Of a DNA stretch of 64,000 nucleotides, positions 37,217 to 45,983 are shown piece after piece. The notes beneath the pieces were generated by a model. That model saw nothing but the letters and a program-made list of their open reading frames with translations. It ran no database searches and was not told the origin of the DNA. The DNA comes from Candidatus Krumholzibacteriota bacterium (GTDB lineage Bacteria > Krumholzibacteriota > Krumholzibacteriia > JAJRXK01). The position numbers and the translations under genes were made by a program. Location: positions 576,001-640,000 of the forward strand of contig CAVXTH010000006.1 in assembly GCA_963764625.1 (NCBI GenBank). Direction: 5' to 3'. Every line of letters starts with the position of its first letter. The stretch's first letter is position 1.

Positions 37217-38364
37217 ACGCGACGAAATATCGCATCGGGATGACTTCCTTCGCCGCGCAGGGCGGAAGTGGAGTGGTGGCCAGCGAATTGGGATTGGCTC
37301 TGGCCTCCCGTGGTCACGAAGTTCACTTCATTGCCAATGCTCTGCCGGTACGCCTGCGCGAGTTCGAGCCCAAGGTGTTCTTTCACGAGGTGCAGACGGT
37401 TCAATACCCGGCCTTTCCCCACGCGCCGTATACCCTGGCGCTGGCCACCAAGATGACGGAGGTCGCGCGCTACCACGATCTCGAGATTCTGCACGTACAC
37501 TACGCGATTCCCCACGCGGCGAGCGCTTACCTCGCCCAGAAGATGTTGGCTCCTAGCGGAATCAAAGTGGTCACGACGCTTCACGGCACCGACATTACTC
37601 TGGTAGGTCAAGAGCCGAGCTTCTGGCCGCTGACTCAGTTCTTGATCGAGCAGAGCGACGTGGTCACCGCGGTGAGCCACGACCTGGCGCAGCAAACTCG
37701 GCAGATCTTTCGCACCGACCGCGAGATTCGGGTCATCTACAATTTCGTCGACCCGGGACATTTTCGGCCCCGTCCCGACCTGAAGCGAAACAACCCGCTG
37801 GCCCCCGCCGGGGAGAAAGTGTTGCTCCACGCGAGTAATCTCCGGCCGGTGAAGAACGTCGAGACGGTTGTGAGGGTGTTCGCCCGCGTGGTGGCCGAAG
37901 TCAAGTGTCGCCTGGTCATCGTGGGAGACGGGCCGGAAAGGGGACCGGCGGAGCGACTCGCGGAGAAGATGGGAGTTTGCGACAGGGTTACCTTCTTGGG
38001 CGCGCGGGAATCGATGGAGGAGCTCATGGCCATGGCCGACGTGCTGCTGTTGCCGAGCGAGCACGAGTCGTTCGGGCTCGTCGCGCTCGAGGCGATGAGT
38101 GCGCAGACGCCGGTGGTGGCCTCCAAGCGCGGCGGTCTGCCCGAACTCATCGAAGATGGGGAAACCGGCTTTCTCCACGAACCCGAGGACATCGAAGGGC
38201 AGAGCGCCTCGGTCCTCCGGCTGCTCCGCGATGAGGCCCTGGCCAAGAAAATGGGAGAGCGGGCGCGAGAGGTGGCCAAGGAACGCTTTTGCACCGATTG
38301 TATTCTGGACTCGTATCTCGATATGTATCATGAGATTAGAGATGGGTCATCCTCCGTGGGTTGA
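37213..38364 (+). CDS. bshA: N-acetyl-alpha-D-glucosaminyl L-malate synthase BshA
   Basis: GGSGVVASELG, HVHYAIPHA, TTLHGTDITLVG, HASNLRPVK, ESFGLVALEAM (GT4). Confidence 0.93.
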   Translation: MNATKYRIGMTSFAAQGGSGVVASELGLALASRGHEVHFIANALPVRLREFEPKVFFHEVQTVQYPAFPHAPYTLALATKMTEVARYHDLEILHVHYAIPHAASAYLAQKMLAPSGIKVVTTLHGTDITLVGQEPSFWPLTQFLIEQSDVVTAVSHDLAQQTRQIFRTDREIRVIYNFVDPGHFRPRPDLKRNNPLAPAGEKVLLHASNLRPVKNVETVVRVFARVVAEVKCRLVIVGDGPERGPAERLAEKMGVCDRVTFLGARESMEELMAMADVLLLPSEHESFGLVALEAMSAQTPVVASKRGGLPELIEDGETGFLHEPEDIEGQSASVLRLLRDEALAKKMGERAREVAKERFCTDCILDSYLDMYHEIRDGSSSVG

Positions 38365-38388
38365 CAGAACGCGCCGCTGCTCTAGACT
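38361..38388 (+). promoter_or_regulatory. Candidate sigma70 promoter
   Basis: TTGACA-N16-TAGACT; the -35 box contains the bshA TGA stop. Confidence 0.55.
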
Positions 38389-38416
38389 CTCTTGAAGCCC
38401 ACGGGAATTTTCGAGG

Positions 38417-38824
38417 ATGGTAGAGGTGAGCGAGAAATCAACGAGCAACCGGGATGTGATCTCCCGCCTAGAGAAGCACGCCGAGTCTGGAAAGTACTGT
38501 CTTGCCGCTTACGATTTCGTGTTGCGCGGACTGGACCAGACGATTCGTGCTCTACCAGAGGTTCGTCACGTCAACGGCCAGGAGCTCATGGAGGGGTTGC
38601 AGGCATTCGCCAAGGAACAATTTGGTCCCATGGCCAAGCACGTGCTCAATTCCTGGGAGATCACGCGCACCGAGGATTTTGGTGAAATCGTGTTCGAACT
38701 CGTCGATCAGGGCATTCTGCGCAAGACGGAGGAAGACCGTCCCGAGGATTTTGCCGATCGCTTCGATTTCGACGTGGTTTTCGAACGGGACTACTACAAA
38801 GACCACAAGATCCCGAGCGCTTGA
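38417..38824 (+). CDS. Conserved hypothetical protein, Minf_1886-like family
   Basis: AYDFVLRGLD, HVNGQEL, EQFGPMA..VL.SW.I..TEDFGEIVFELV, EDF..RFDF; family recognised from memory of the motif pattern. Confidence 0.75.
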   Translation: MVEVSEKSTSNRDVISRLEKHAESGKYCLAAYDFVLRGLDQTIRALPEVRHVNGQELMEGLQAFAKEQFGPMAKHVLNSWEITRTEDFGEIVFELVDQGILRKTEEDRPEDFADRFDFDVVFERDYYKDHKIPSA

Positions 38825-39399
38825 TGGTCGAGCACCTGCTTTCCGCTCTCATCCTCGGGGGCGGTCGGTCACGCCGCATGGGCCGCGACAAACGGCTCAT
38901 TTCCCTCCAGCAGAACCATCACCTACTTGCCGCGATCGTGGCCACGCTTCACACCCTGGAGCTGCCGATCTGGTTTGCAGGGCCGGCGCAGGATGGCGCC
39001 CGCCCCGAGCTCGAAGGGGTCGCGGTGTTGTGGGATCTGCATCCTTACCAGGGGCCTTTGACCGCGCTAGTGGACGCGTGGAGCGTAGTGCGAACGGATC
39101 TTGTGGTGGTGGGCGCGGATCTTCCCCGCTTGCGGGGGGAGTTCTTGCTGAGGCTGGTCGACGACGCCAATGCGCATCCCGAGGCCGAGGCGGTGATTCC
39201 CAGCGACGGTGAGTTCTGGCAACCGCTCTGCGCCGTATATCGGACTCGTTGTTTGACGGCGCTGACCGAGTCGGTTCGCTCGGGCGAGGCATCACTCCTG
39301 GCGAGTTTGCAGAGCGGGGATCGTCATGAACTGCGCATCGTCGACGCCGTAGGAGAGCCGAGTCTGACGAACTGGAATCGTCCACCGGACCGTGACTGA
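38824..39399 (+). CDS. mobA: Molybdenum cofactor guanylyltransferase
   Basis: ILGGGRSRRMGRDK, QGPLTAL, GADLP, QPLCAVY, TNWNRP. Confidence 0.85.
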   Translation: MVEHLLSALILGGGRSRRMGRDKRLISLQQNHHLLAAIVATLHTLELPIWFAGPAQDGARPELEGVAVLWDLHPYQGPLTALVDAWSVVRTDLVVVGADLPRLRGEFLLRLVDDANAHPEAEAVIPSDGEFWQPLCAVYRTRCLTALTESVRSGEASLLASLQSGDRHELRIVDAVGEPSLTNWNRPPDRD

Positions 39400-39439
39400 T
39401 CGCAGCGCGGGTTTCGGCCCAAGAGGAGGTGCACACCCG

Positions 39440-39952
39440 ATGGAAAAGACGTCCAAAGGCAAGACACTGTCTCACCTGGATTCCAGCGGTCGGCCGCGGA
39501 TGGTCGACGTTGGCGACAAACCTCCGAGCGATCGCCGCGCGATCGCGAGAGGGCGCATTCGACTCTCGGCGGCGGCCTGGAAGGCGCTTCTCACCCCAGA
39601 GGGCACCGGGAAAGGGGAGACGCTCAGCGTGGCGCAGGTGGCGGCGATCCAGGCGGCCAAGCGAACCGGGGAGTTTATTCCGCTCGCGCACCCCTTGCCC
39701 TTGTGTGGGGTGGAGGTCAGCTGGAAGAAAAGGAGCCAGCGACGCATCCTCGAGGTGAGCGTGCGCGTGCGCACGATCGGACCGACTGGCGTGGAGATGG
39801 AAGCGCTGGCGGCGGTCAGTGCCGCGCTTTTGACGGTGTACGACATGCTCAAAGCGGTGGATCGGGGGATGGTCGTGGGGCCCATTTGGCTCTCGCGGAA
39901 AGAGGGCGGCCGCAGCGGGCTCTGCCGCTTCGACGATCCTCCTCTGAGCTGA
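39440..39952 (+). CDS. moaC: Cyclic pyranopterin monophosphate synthase
   Basis: LSHLD, MVDVGDK, AAKRTGEFIPLAHP, TGVEMEAL, YDMLKAVD, KEGGRSG; AGGAGG RBS. Confidence 0.94.
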   Translation: MEKTSKGKTLSHLDSSGRPRMVDVGDKPPSDRRAIARGRIRLSAAAWKALLTPEGTGKGETLSVAQVAAIQAAKRTGEFIPLAHPLPLCGVEVSWKKRSQRRILEVSVRVRTIGPTGVEMEALAAVSAALLTVYDMLKAVDRGMVVGPIWLSRKEGGRSGLCRFDDPPLS

Positions 39953-40145
39953 TTCTCCTTGACCGCTGCCCTGGACTGCATCTATACAACCAGAACACCC
40001 CTGGGAACCCAATTCGTTCGGGAAACGTACACGGTGGGGGTCGGTAGTCCCGCCAACCGACCTCGTTGCGGGCAGGCAACGCGGACCCTCCTTCAAGCAC
40101 AAAGCAATCGGGCTCAGCCAACGCGAAGAGCCCGTAGGAGCGACG

Positions 40146-40892
40146 ATGCTTCATAGTCTGGCACTCGCGACCATTTTCGGCGATTTCGGCGACATCATCG
40201 CGACTTCATCCCTCTTCGCGAAGTTCATCATTCTCGTTCTTTTCGTGCTCTCGATCGTGTCCTGGGCCGTGATCGCGGACCGCTATCGGCGATTGCGTCG
40301 CGCGGATGCCGAAGATGCCCAATTCTGGGAACGATTCGATCAAATGGAGAGCTACGAGGAGATGGAAGGTCTCACCCAGTGGTGCGAGAAGAACCAGGAT
40401 TCGAGCCTGGGGACGATTTTTCGCTTCTTCCACCGCGAATTCTGGCCCCGCTATCTCTCCCATCGAACGCAAGGCAGTGAGGACACCCTCAGGGGTTTGC
40501 TGCGACGCGGGGCCGATCGTGTTGCCACCAAACGGATCGAAGAACTGGAGAGGGGCGTCACCTGGTTGGCCACCCTCAGTTCGATCGCCCCGTTTCTGGG
40601 GTTGTTGGGTACGGTCTGGGGCATCATGGGCTCGTTCCTCCAAATCGGCCGCCAGGGGACCGCGACCCTCGACGCGGTGGGTCCCGGCATCGCCGAAGCC
40701 CTGGTGACGACGGTCTGCGGACTCTTCGTCGCCATTCCCGCGGTCATCGGCTACAACTGGCTCTTGCGTCGCATTCGCGGGCAGGAGAGCGAGATGCTGC
40801 GGCTGATCAGCATTTTGGAAGATCACGTGGCGACAGAGACCCTCTCGGTGGGTGAGGAGGAGGTGCGTGTCAACGCGGGGGGATTCCACTGA
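40146..40892 (+). CDS. tolQ: TolQ (MotA/TolQ/ExbB family)
   Basis: LATLSSIAPFLGLLGTVWGIM, GPGIAEALVTT..GLFVAIPAV. Confidence 0.92.
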   Translation: MLHSLALATIFGDFGDIIATSSLFAKFIILVLFVLSIVSWAVIADRYRRLRRADAEDAQFWERFDQMESYEEMEGLTQWCEKNQDSSLGTIFRFFHREFWPRYLSHRTQGSEDTLRGLLRRGADRVATKRIEELERGVTWLATLSSIAPFLGLLGTVWGIMGSFLQIGRQGTATLDAVGPGIAEALVTTVCGLFVAIPAVIGYNWLLRRIRGQESEMLRLISILEDHVATETLSVGEEEVRVNAGGFH

Positions 40893-41314
40893 TGCGTACC
40901 AGCGGCTCGCTCCGGGGACGAGCACACTATTCGCAACTCGCGGAAATCAACGTGACCTCTCTGGTCGACGTCACCCTGGTTCTGCTCATCGTCTTCATGC
41001 TCACCGCGCCCTTCATTCAGGGTGGGGTTGAAGTCGATTTGCCTTCCACCCATTCCGTACAGGAAGTAGCGCAGGAGGGCATCGTCATCTCGTTGGACAA
41101 ATCCCGGCGCGTGTACGTGGATGATGACCCGGTTCCCATGAGCCAGTTGGCGGAAATCCTTCGCGCCAGTCATCCTCAGGGTGATTCCCGTCCGGTGTAT
41201 CTCCGCAGCGACCAAGCGGTGCCATATGGCTTCGTGATTCGCGTCATGGGAGAGATCAAGGCGGCGGGAGTCGAAACCCTCAGCCTGGTGGTCGAGCCCG
41301 AGACCGAGAGCTGA
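40892..41314 (+). CDS. tolR: TolR (ExbD/TolR family)
   Basis: EINVTSLVDVTLVLLIVFMLTAP, VDLP, YLRSDQAVPYG. Confidence 0.92.
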   Translation: MRTSGSLRGRAHYSQLAEINVTSLVDVTLVLLIVFMLTAPFIQGGVEVDLPSTHSVQEVAQEGIVISLDKSRRVYVDDDPVPMSQLAEILRASHPQGDSRPVYLRSDQAVPYGFVIRVMGEIKAAGVETLSLVVEPETES

Positions 41315-41327
41315 AGCGCAAGGCCTC

Positions 41328-42086
41328 ATGCGAAACACCCTCTTGGCATCGTTCTTCGCGCACATCGTCGCGACACTGCTCTTCGGAGCGGTGAGCGTAG
41401 CCTTGCGCCGACCTCTCCAACCCGCGGAGTACATCAGCGTGAACTTGGCTTCGCTCCCTCTGGTCGAGCCCAAAGCAAAGCCCGCCGAAGTGGTGAGGGA
41501 GAAACCGGTACCCTTGGCGCCCCAGGAAGTGAAGAGCACCGCGCCCGAACCCGAGATGGACCTGAGCCAGCCGAAACCCGAGGAGCCCACCGAGCAGCTC
41601 GTGCCTCCTCGCCCCGATCTGCCTCCGGCCAGCAAGAAGGAAAAACCCAAGGAGCTGCCAAAAGAGAAGCTTCCAGAACCCGCGCCGCCCACCACCGCCA
41701 AGCAAGAGCCGAAAGTGGAGGCCAAGGAAGCGCCGCCTCAGGAAACGGCCTCGACCCAGTCGAACTCCGGCCCGGCGGTGCAGGTCGAGAAGCACGAGGG
41801 AGTTCCCGACTACTATCTCGCCCTGCTGCAGCGCAAGATCGACCGTCGCTGGGAGCCTTCTGCCGCCACGACCCGAGGGGGCCCGGCGGTCGCCTGTCTC
41901 ATCCGCTTTCGCGTGTCGCCGGCGGGAATCATCGAAGATCCCAGAATCGTCGAGAGCAGCGGCTTTTCCGTGTTCGACCGGGAGGCCCTGCGTGCCGTCA
42001 TCTCCGCTTCTCCCTTGCCGCCGCCGCCCGCGGGTTCGCGCGCCTCGGAGCTTCCCATCAGCGTTCGATTTCACCTGGAGCCATAG
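41328..42086 (+). CDS. tolA: TolA/TonB-family energy transducer
   Basis: TM helix with SFFAH (S-x3-H), Pro/Glu/Lys-rich linker, TonB_C domain SSGFSVFDREALRAV; lies between tolR and tolB. Confidence 0.82.
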   Translation: MRNTLLASFFAHIVATLLFGAVSVALRRPLQPAEYISVNLASLPLVEPKAKPAEVVREKPVPLAPQEVKSTAPEPEMDLSQPKPEEPTEQLVPPRPDLPPASKKEKPKELPKEKLPEPAPPTTAKQEPKVEAKEAPPQETASTQSNSGPAVQVEKHEGVPDYYLALLQRKIDRRWEPSAATTRGGPAVACLIRFRVSPAGIIEDPRIVESSGFSVFDREALRAVISASPLPPPPAGSRASELPISVRFHLEP

Positions 42087-42094
42087 GAGCAACC

Positions 42095-43441
42095 GTGCGC
42101 GGTCCGACCGTCAAAATCCTCTTCTTCTGCGTTTGCCTCTTCCTGCTCACAGGGGAGAGCTTCGCGCAGAAGGACCAAGGTGTTCTCATCGACTTGCATC
42201 GTCAGGGGTCGCGCCGCGTACGCCTCACCCTGCTCTCACTGGAAATCGAGAGCGGGGAAGCCACGGTGGCAAGTCAGGGGGCAGCGTTGGCGTGTCGTCT
42301 GGTGCGCGACTTCGCCTACAGCGGCGTCCTGGAAGTGGTGGGATCTCTTCCTGAGGGAGTGACATTGCCGCCGACGACTCCGGCAGCTTCCACGGAAGAA
42401 GAGCCCAAACCCGACGCCGTCGTTGGGCTCAGCCTGAGCGGTGAGGATCCGACCGGAATGGTTCTGACCGCGCGATTGCTGGCTCCGGGCGCGCAGACTC
42501 TCATCGTGGGGAAGCGATACGTCGTCGATCTCAAAGATCCCGGTCCCGCGGTGCATCACTTCTGCGACGTGGTGGTGAACCGACTGACCGGCGAAGCCGG
42601 AATCGCGCGCACCCGGATTCTCTTCAGTCGAGGGAACCGAGAGAAGCGTGAGATCTTTCTGGTCGACTACGACGGTGAGAACCTGAAACAGGTCACGCGC
42701 AACGGAAGCATCAACCTGGCTCCCTGCTGGTCCCCGGACAGCAACCGGGCCTGCTATACCTCGTACTACCAAGGACGCCAACGACTGCTGATTCTGGACG
42801 GGAAGACCGGGCGAAGCGAGCGCGTGAGCGACTTCCCCGGCCTGAACGTGGGGGCGAGCTGGGATCCGCGTTCGGGTGGACTCGTGGTCACCCTCAGCCG
42901 CGACGGAAACGCTGAGATCTATAGGATTGACGGGAAGGGGGGCATCGTGCAGCGTCTGACGCACGGTCCCTCGATTGAATGCTCCCCGGATTTCGATCCC
43001 ACCGGGCAGCAAGTGGTCTTTACCAGCGATCGCACCGGAAGGCCGCAGATTTATGTCATGGATCGCGAGGGCGCGAACCGCCGTCGCTTGAGTTATGAAG
43101 GTGATTACAACGACAGCGCGGATTGGTCGCCTCGTGGAGACCGCATTGCCTATGTCTGCCGGATCGCCGGACGCTTTCAGGTTTTTACCATCGAACCCGA
43201 CGGAAGCAATCTGCAACAGATCACCTTCAGCCAAGATGGAAACAACGAAGACCCCTCGTGGGCTCCCGATGGACGCCACCTGGTGGTGAGCAGCGATCGC
43301 TCAGGACAAACGAGTCTCTGGGTCTTGGACGTCGAAGGCGGGACTGCTCGCCGACTGACCAGTGGAGCAGAGGACGACACCTGTCCCGATTGGAGCGGAA
43401 CGGACAATCCGGCCGTGCCCTCGGGCAATTCCGATTCGTGA
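42095..43441 (+). CDS. tolB: Tol-Pal beta-propeller protein TolB
   Basis: LTGEAGIARTRI, DYDGEN, PD40 repeats (WSPD, FTSDRTGRPQIY, WSPRG, PSWAPDG). Confidence 0.92.
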   Translation: MRGPTVKILFFCVCLFLLTGESFAQKDQGVLIDLHRQGSRRVRLTLLSLEIESGEATVASQGAALACRLVRDFAYSGVLEVVGSLPEGVTLPPTTPAASTEEEPKPDAVVGLSLSGEDPTGMVLTARLLAPGAQTLIVGKRYVVDLKDPGPAVHHFCDVVVNRLTGEAGIARTRILFSRGNREKREIFLVDYDGENLKQVTRNGSINLAPCWSPDSNRACYTSYYQGRQRLLILDGKTGRSERVSDFPGLNVGASWDPRSGGLVVTLSRDGNAEIYRIDGKGGIVQRLTHGPSIECSPDFDPTGQQVVFTSDRTGRPQIYVMDREGANRRRLSYEGDYNDSADWSPRGDRIAYVCRIAGRFQVFTIEPDGSNLQQITFSQDGNNEDPSWAPDGRHLVVSSDRSGQTSLWVLDVEGGTARRLTSGAEDDTCPDWSGTDNPAVPSGNSDS

Positions 43442-43454
43442 GGAGGAAACGCGT

Positions 43455-44048
43455 ATGAACCGTCAAACCTTTCATGCCGCGCGCAGTCTCAGCTACACCG
43501 TAGCTCTCATCGCCCTACTGATCCTGGGCTTCACCCTGAACGGATGTGGGAAGAAGAACGAAGAAGTACAGACCAATCCCGAAGACAGCGGGATGAGTGG
43601 TGACAAGGGGGTCGACAACGTCGATCTCAAGGAGGGCTCGTTCGAGGGGAAGGACATGGGGAACGAGGGAGTGGAGAGCTCCGATCTCCAGACCCCCACC
43701 GAAGAGCCCACGCCGGCAGTCGTGCTGCAGGATGTGTTCTTCGACTATGACAAGTCCGATCTCTCGGACGAAGCGCGCACCACTCTCAACCAGGACGGGC
43801 GCTTGCTTCGCGATCAGAAGGACGTTCGCATCCTCATCGAAGGTCATTGCGATGAGAGGGGCACCGTTCAGTACAACCTTGCCCTGGGCGAGAAACGAGC
43901 CAAGGAAGCCAAGGCCTACCTGGTGGATCTCGGCATTGCGTCCACCAGAATCGACGTCGTGAGCTACGGCAAGGAGAAACCGTTCGCGTTGGGTCACGAC
44001 GAGGCGGCCTGGATGCAGAATCGACGAGCCCACCTGTTGGTTCGCTAG
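43455..44048 (+). CDS. pal: Peptidoglycan-associated lipoprotein
   Basis: Lipobox LNGC, VFFDYDKS, IEGHCDERGTVQYNLALGEKRA, SYGKEKP, NRRA; AGGAGG RBS. Confidence 0.95.
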   Translation: MNRQTFHAARSLSYTVALIALLILGFTLNGCGKKNEEVQTNPEDSGMSGDKGVDNVDLKEGSFEGKDMGNEGVESSDLQTPTEEPTPAVVLQDVFFDYDKSDLSDEARTTLNQDGRLLRDQKDVRILIEGHCDERGTVQYNLALGEKRAKEAKAYLVDLGIASTRIDVVSYGKEKPFALGHDEAAWMQNRRAHLLVR

Positions 44049-44061
44049 AGAGGAGCCGATC

Positions 44062-44970
44062 ATGAGACGCGAGAGATCGATGTTTGCAGTGGCGCTTGCC
44101 CTCTTGTTTCTGCCGGGATGCGCGCAGCTCACGCGGATCGAAGACAAAGTCGACGACGTCTCCGCGACGAGCCACGGCCTGGAGCGCCAGCAGAGCGCGA
44201 CCGCCGAGCAGGTGGACGGGATCAAGAAGTCGCTCGAGTCGGAGGGAATCACCAGCGACGAGAAACGCGCCGATCTGCTCTCGCGGTTCAAGGACATGGA
44301 GCGTTCCGTGCAGCAACTCGAAGCACGCGTAGAGGACCAGGGAAACCTGCTCACCCACATCCAGGCGAGTCTCGACTTGTTGGTCGCGGGCGAGAATCCG
44401 AATCCTCGAACAAGAGCGGCGCAAGACGAGAGCTACGGCACGGAGCCCGATTCGAGCGCGACGACCGGCGGAGGCACGCCGCCGCCGGCCGATCGCGCTG
44501 CCCCGCCTCCCGCGAGCGACGCGGGGGCGGGCGAGAGCGCGGTGGATTCGATGTCTTCCACCCAGGGGGTCTCCTCGGGCTCGCCCGGGGTCGAGGTGTA
44601 TGACGCAGCCTTTCGTGACTTCACGAAGGGTTCGTACAGCCTGGCGCGCGAAGGCTTCAAGGAGTTCCTGGCGCGCTACCCCGACTCGGATCTCTCGGAC
44701 AACGCGAGCTACTGGATCGGAGAGACCTGGTACGCCCAGGGGAACTACCAGGAGGCGGTGCGTCACTTCGATGCGGTTTTGCGGACTTACCCTGAGGGTG
44801 ATATAATTCCTGGCGCTCTACTCAAGTCGTCGAATTGCCACCTCGAGCTCGGCGAAAAGGATCGCGCGCTCGAGGGCTATCGGCGGCTGGTTCGGGAGTA
44901 TCCCAACAGCGATGAAGCGTTCATCGCCCAACACAAACTCACCGATGCTGGGGTCGCCACCAAACCCTGA
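44062..44970 (+). CDS. cpoB: Tol-Pal system protein CpoB/YbgF
   Basis: Lipobox LPGC, coiled coil, TPR domain YPDSDLSDNASYWIGE; directly after pal. Confidence 0.87.
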   Translation: MRRERSMFAVALALLFLPGCAQLTRIEDKVDDVSATSHGLERQQSATAEQVDGIKKSLESEGITSDEKRADLLSRFKDMERSVQQLEARVEDQGNLLTHIQASLDLLVAGENPNPRTRAAQDESYGTEPDSSATTGGGTPPPADRAAPPPASDAGAGESAVDSMSSTQGVSSGSPGVEVYDAAFRDFTKGSYSLAREGFKEFLARYPDSDLSDNASYWIGETWYAQGNYQEAVRHFDAVLRTYPEGDIIPGALLKSSNCHLELGEKDRALEGYRRLVREYPNSDEAFIAQHKLTDAGVATKP

Positions 44971-44977
44971 GAGGACC

Positions 44978-45310
44978 ATGCCGAAAATACCTGCCCTACG
45001 CGTTGCACGGAGTCTAGAACAGGCCTTCCGCCCGCACGACCTCTGCTCCGTCGATTCGGACTACCACGTCTTCGTGGTGGCCTACTCGGGCTCGTACGTG
45101 GAACACAGCCATCCGGCCGACGAGTTCATCCTCATCCTGGAGGGCGAGCTCACGATCGAAGTCGCCGGGGGAGCCCAGATCCTGCGCCAGGGTGACGCCT
45201 TCCTCGTACCCACGGGGACCCTCCATCGTCCGCGCAGCGCCCGCCGCACCCTTGCTCTCGTGATGGAGCGCCGCGGCCTCCAAACCAGAGCCCGGGGACC
45301 CCTGCCGTAG
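44978..45310 (+). CDS. Cupin domain protein
   Basis: EHSHPADEFILILEGEL and VPTGTLHRP cupin motifs; GAGGA RBS. Confidence 0.85.
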   Translation: MPKIPALRVARSLEQAFRPHDLCSVDSDYHVFVVAYSGSYVEHSHPADEFILILEGELTIEVAGGAQILRQGDAFLVPTGTLHRPRSARRTLALVMERRGLQTRARGPLP

Positions 45311-45325
45311 GGTTCGTGGAGGCGG

Positions 45326-45354
45326 TTGCCTTTCCTGTTTTCTTCGCCTATCCT
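45326..45354 (+). promoter_or_regulatory. Candidate sigma70 promoter of lexA
   Basis: TTGCCT-N17-TATCCT upstream of the AGGAGG RBS. Confidence 0.55.
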
Positions 45355-45377
45355 AGTGCGCAGGAAGGAGGAGCGAC

Positions 45378-45980
45378 GTGTATCTCACCAAACGGCAGTC
45401 TCAGCTCCTGGACTATCTGCGCTCGAGCATCGCGAGTAACGGCTATGCGCCCAGCCTCGAGGAAATCGCGGCTCACTTCGAACTCTCCTCGGTAGGTACG
45501 GTTCACAAGCACCTCAAGGCGCTCGAGGACAAGGGCGTCATCCAACGGCAGTGGAATCGCAGCCGGGCGATCGAGGTCGTGGGTCTCATGGACGGCAAGG
45601 CGCGCCGCCTGCCGTTGTTGGGAACGGTGGCCGCGGGCCGACCCATCGAAGCGGTTCCGGAGTCGGAGAGCATCGCGGTTCCCGAAGACATGATCGGCCG
45701 GGGACCCGCCTACGTGCTGCGGGTCAAAGGCGATTCGATGCTCGGCGATTCCATTCGGGACGGCGATTACGTGGTGGTGGAGCAACGGGAGCATCCGGAC
45801 AACGGCGACATCGTCATCGCGCTCCTCGAGGGTGAAAACGTCACGCTCAAGCGCTTCTATCGCGAGGGAAACATGGTGCGGCTCGAACCAGCGAGCAGTA
45901 CCCACGATGTGATCTCGGTCCCGGCGGATCGAATGCAAATCCAGGGAATCGTGGTGGGTATTCTGCGCCGCTTTTTCTAG
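45378..45980 (+). CDS. lexA: SOS repressor LexA
   Basis: LTKRQ, GYAPSLEEI winged HTH, VAAG cleavage site, GDSM catalytic Ser, TLKR catalytic Lys. Confidence 0.95.
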   Translation: MYLTKRQSQLLDYLRSSIASNGYAPSLEEIAAHFELSSVGTVHKHLKALEDKGVIQRQWNRSRAIEVVGLMDGKARRLPLLGTVAAGRPIEAVPESESIAVPEDMIGRGPAYVLRVKGDSMLGDSIRDGDYVVVEQREHPDNGDIVIALLEGENVTLKRFYREGNMVRLEPASSTHDVISVPADRMQIQGIVVGILRRFF

Positions 45981-45983
45981 GCC

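Noticed and set aside
39953-40145. Moco riboswitch next to moaC
   Set aside because: The structured region is downstream of moaC and upstream of tolQ, and I could not match the Moco RNA consensus; kept only as an unknown leader.
41460-41780. Pro/Glu/Lys-rich repetitive segment
   Set aside because: Normal TolA/TonB periplasmic linker, not a DNA repeat element.
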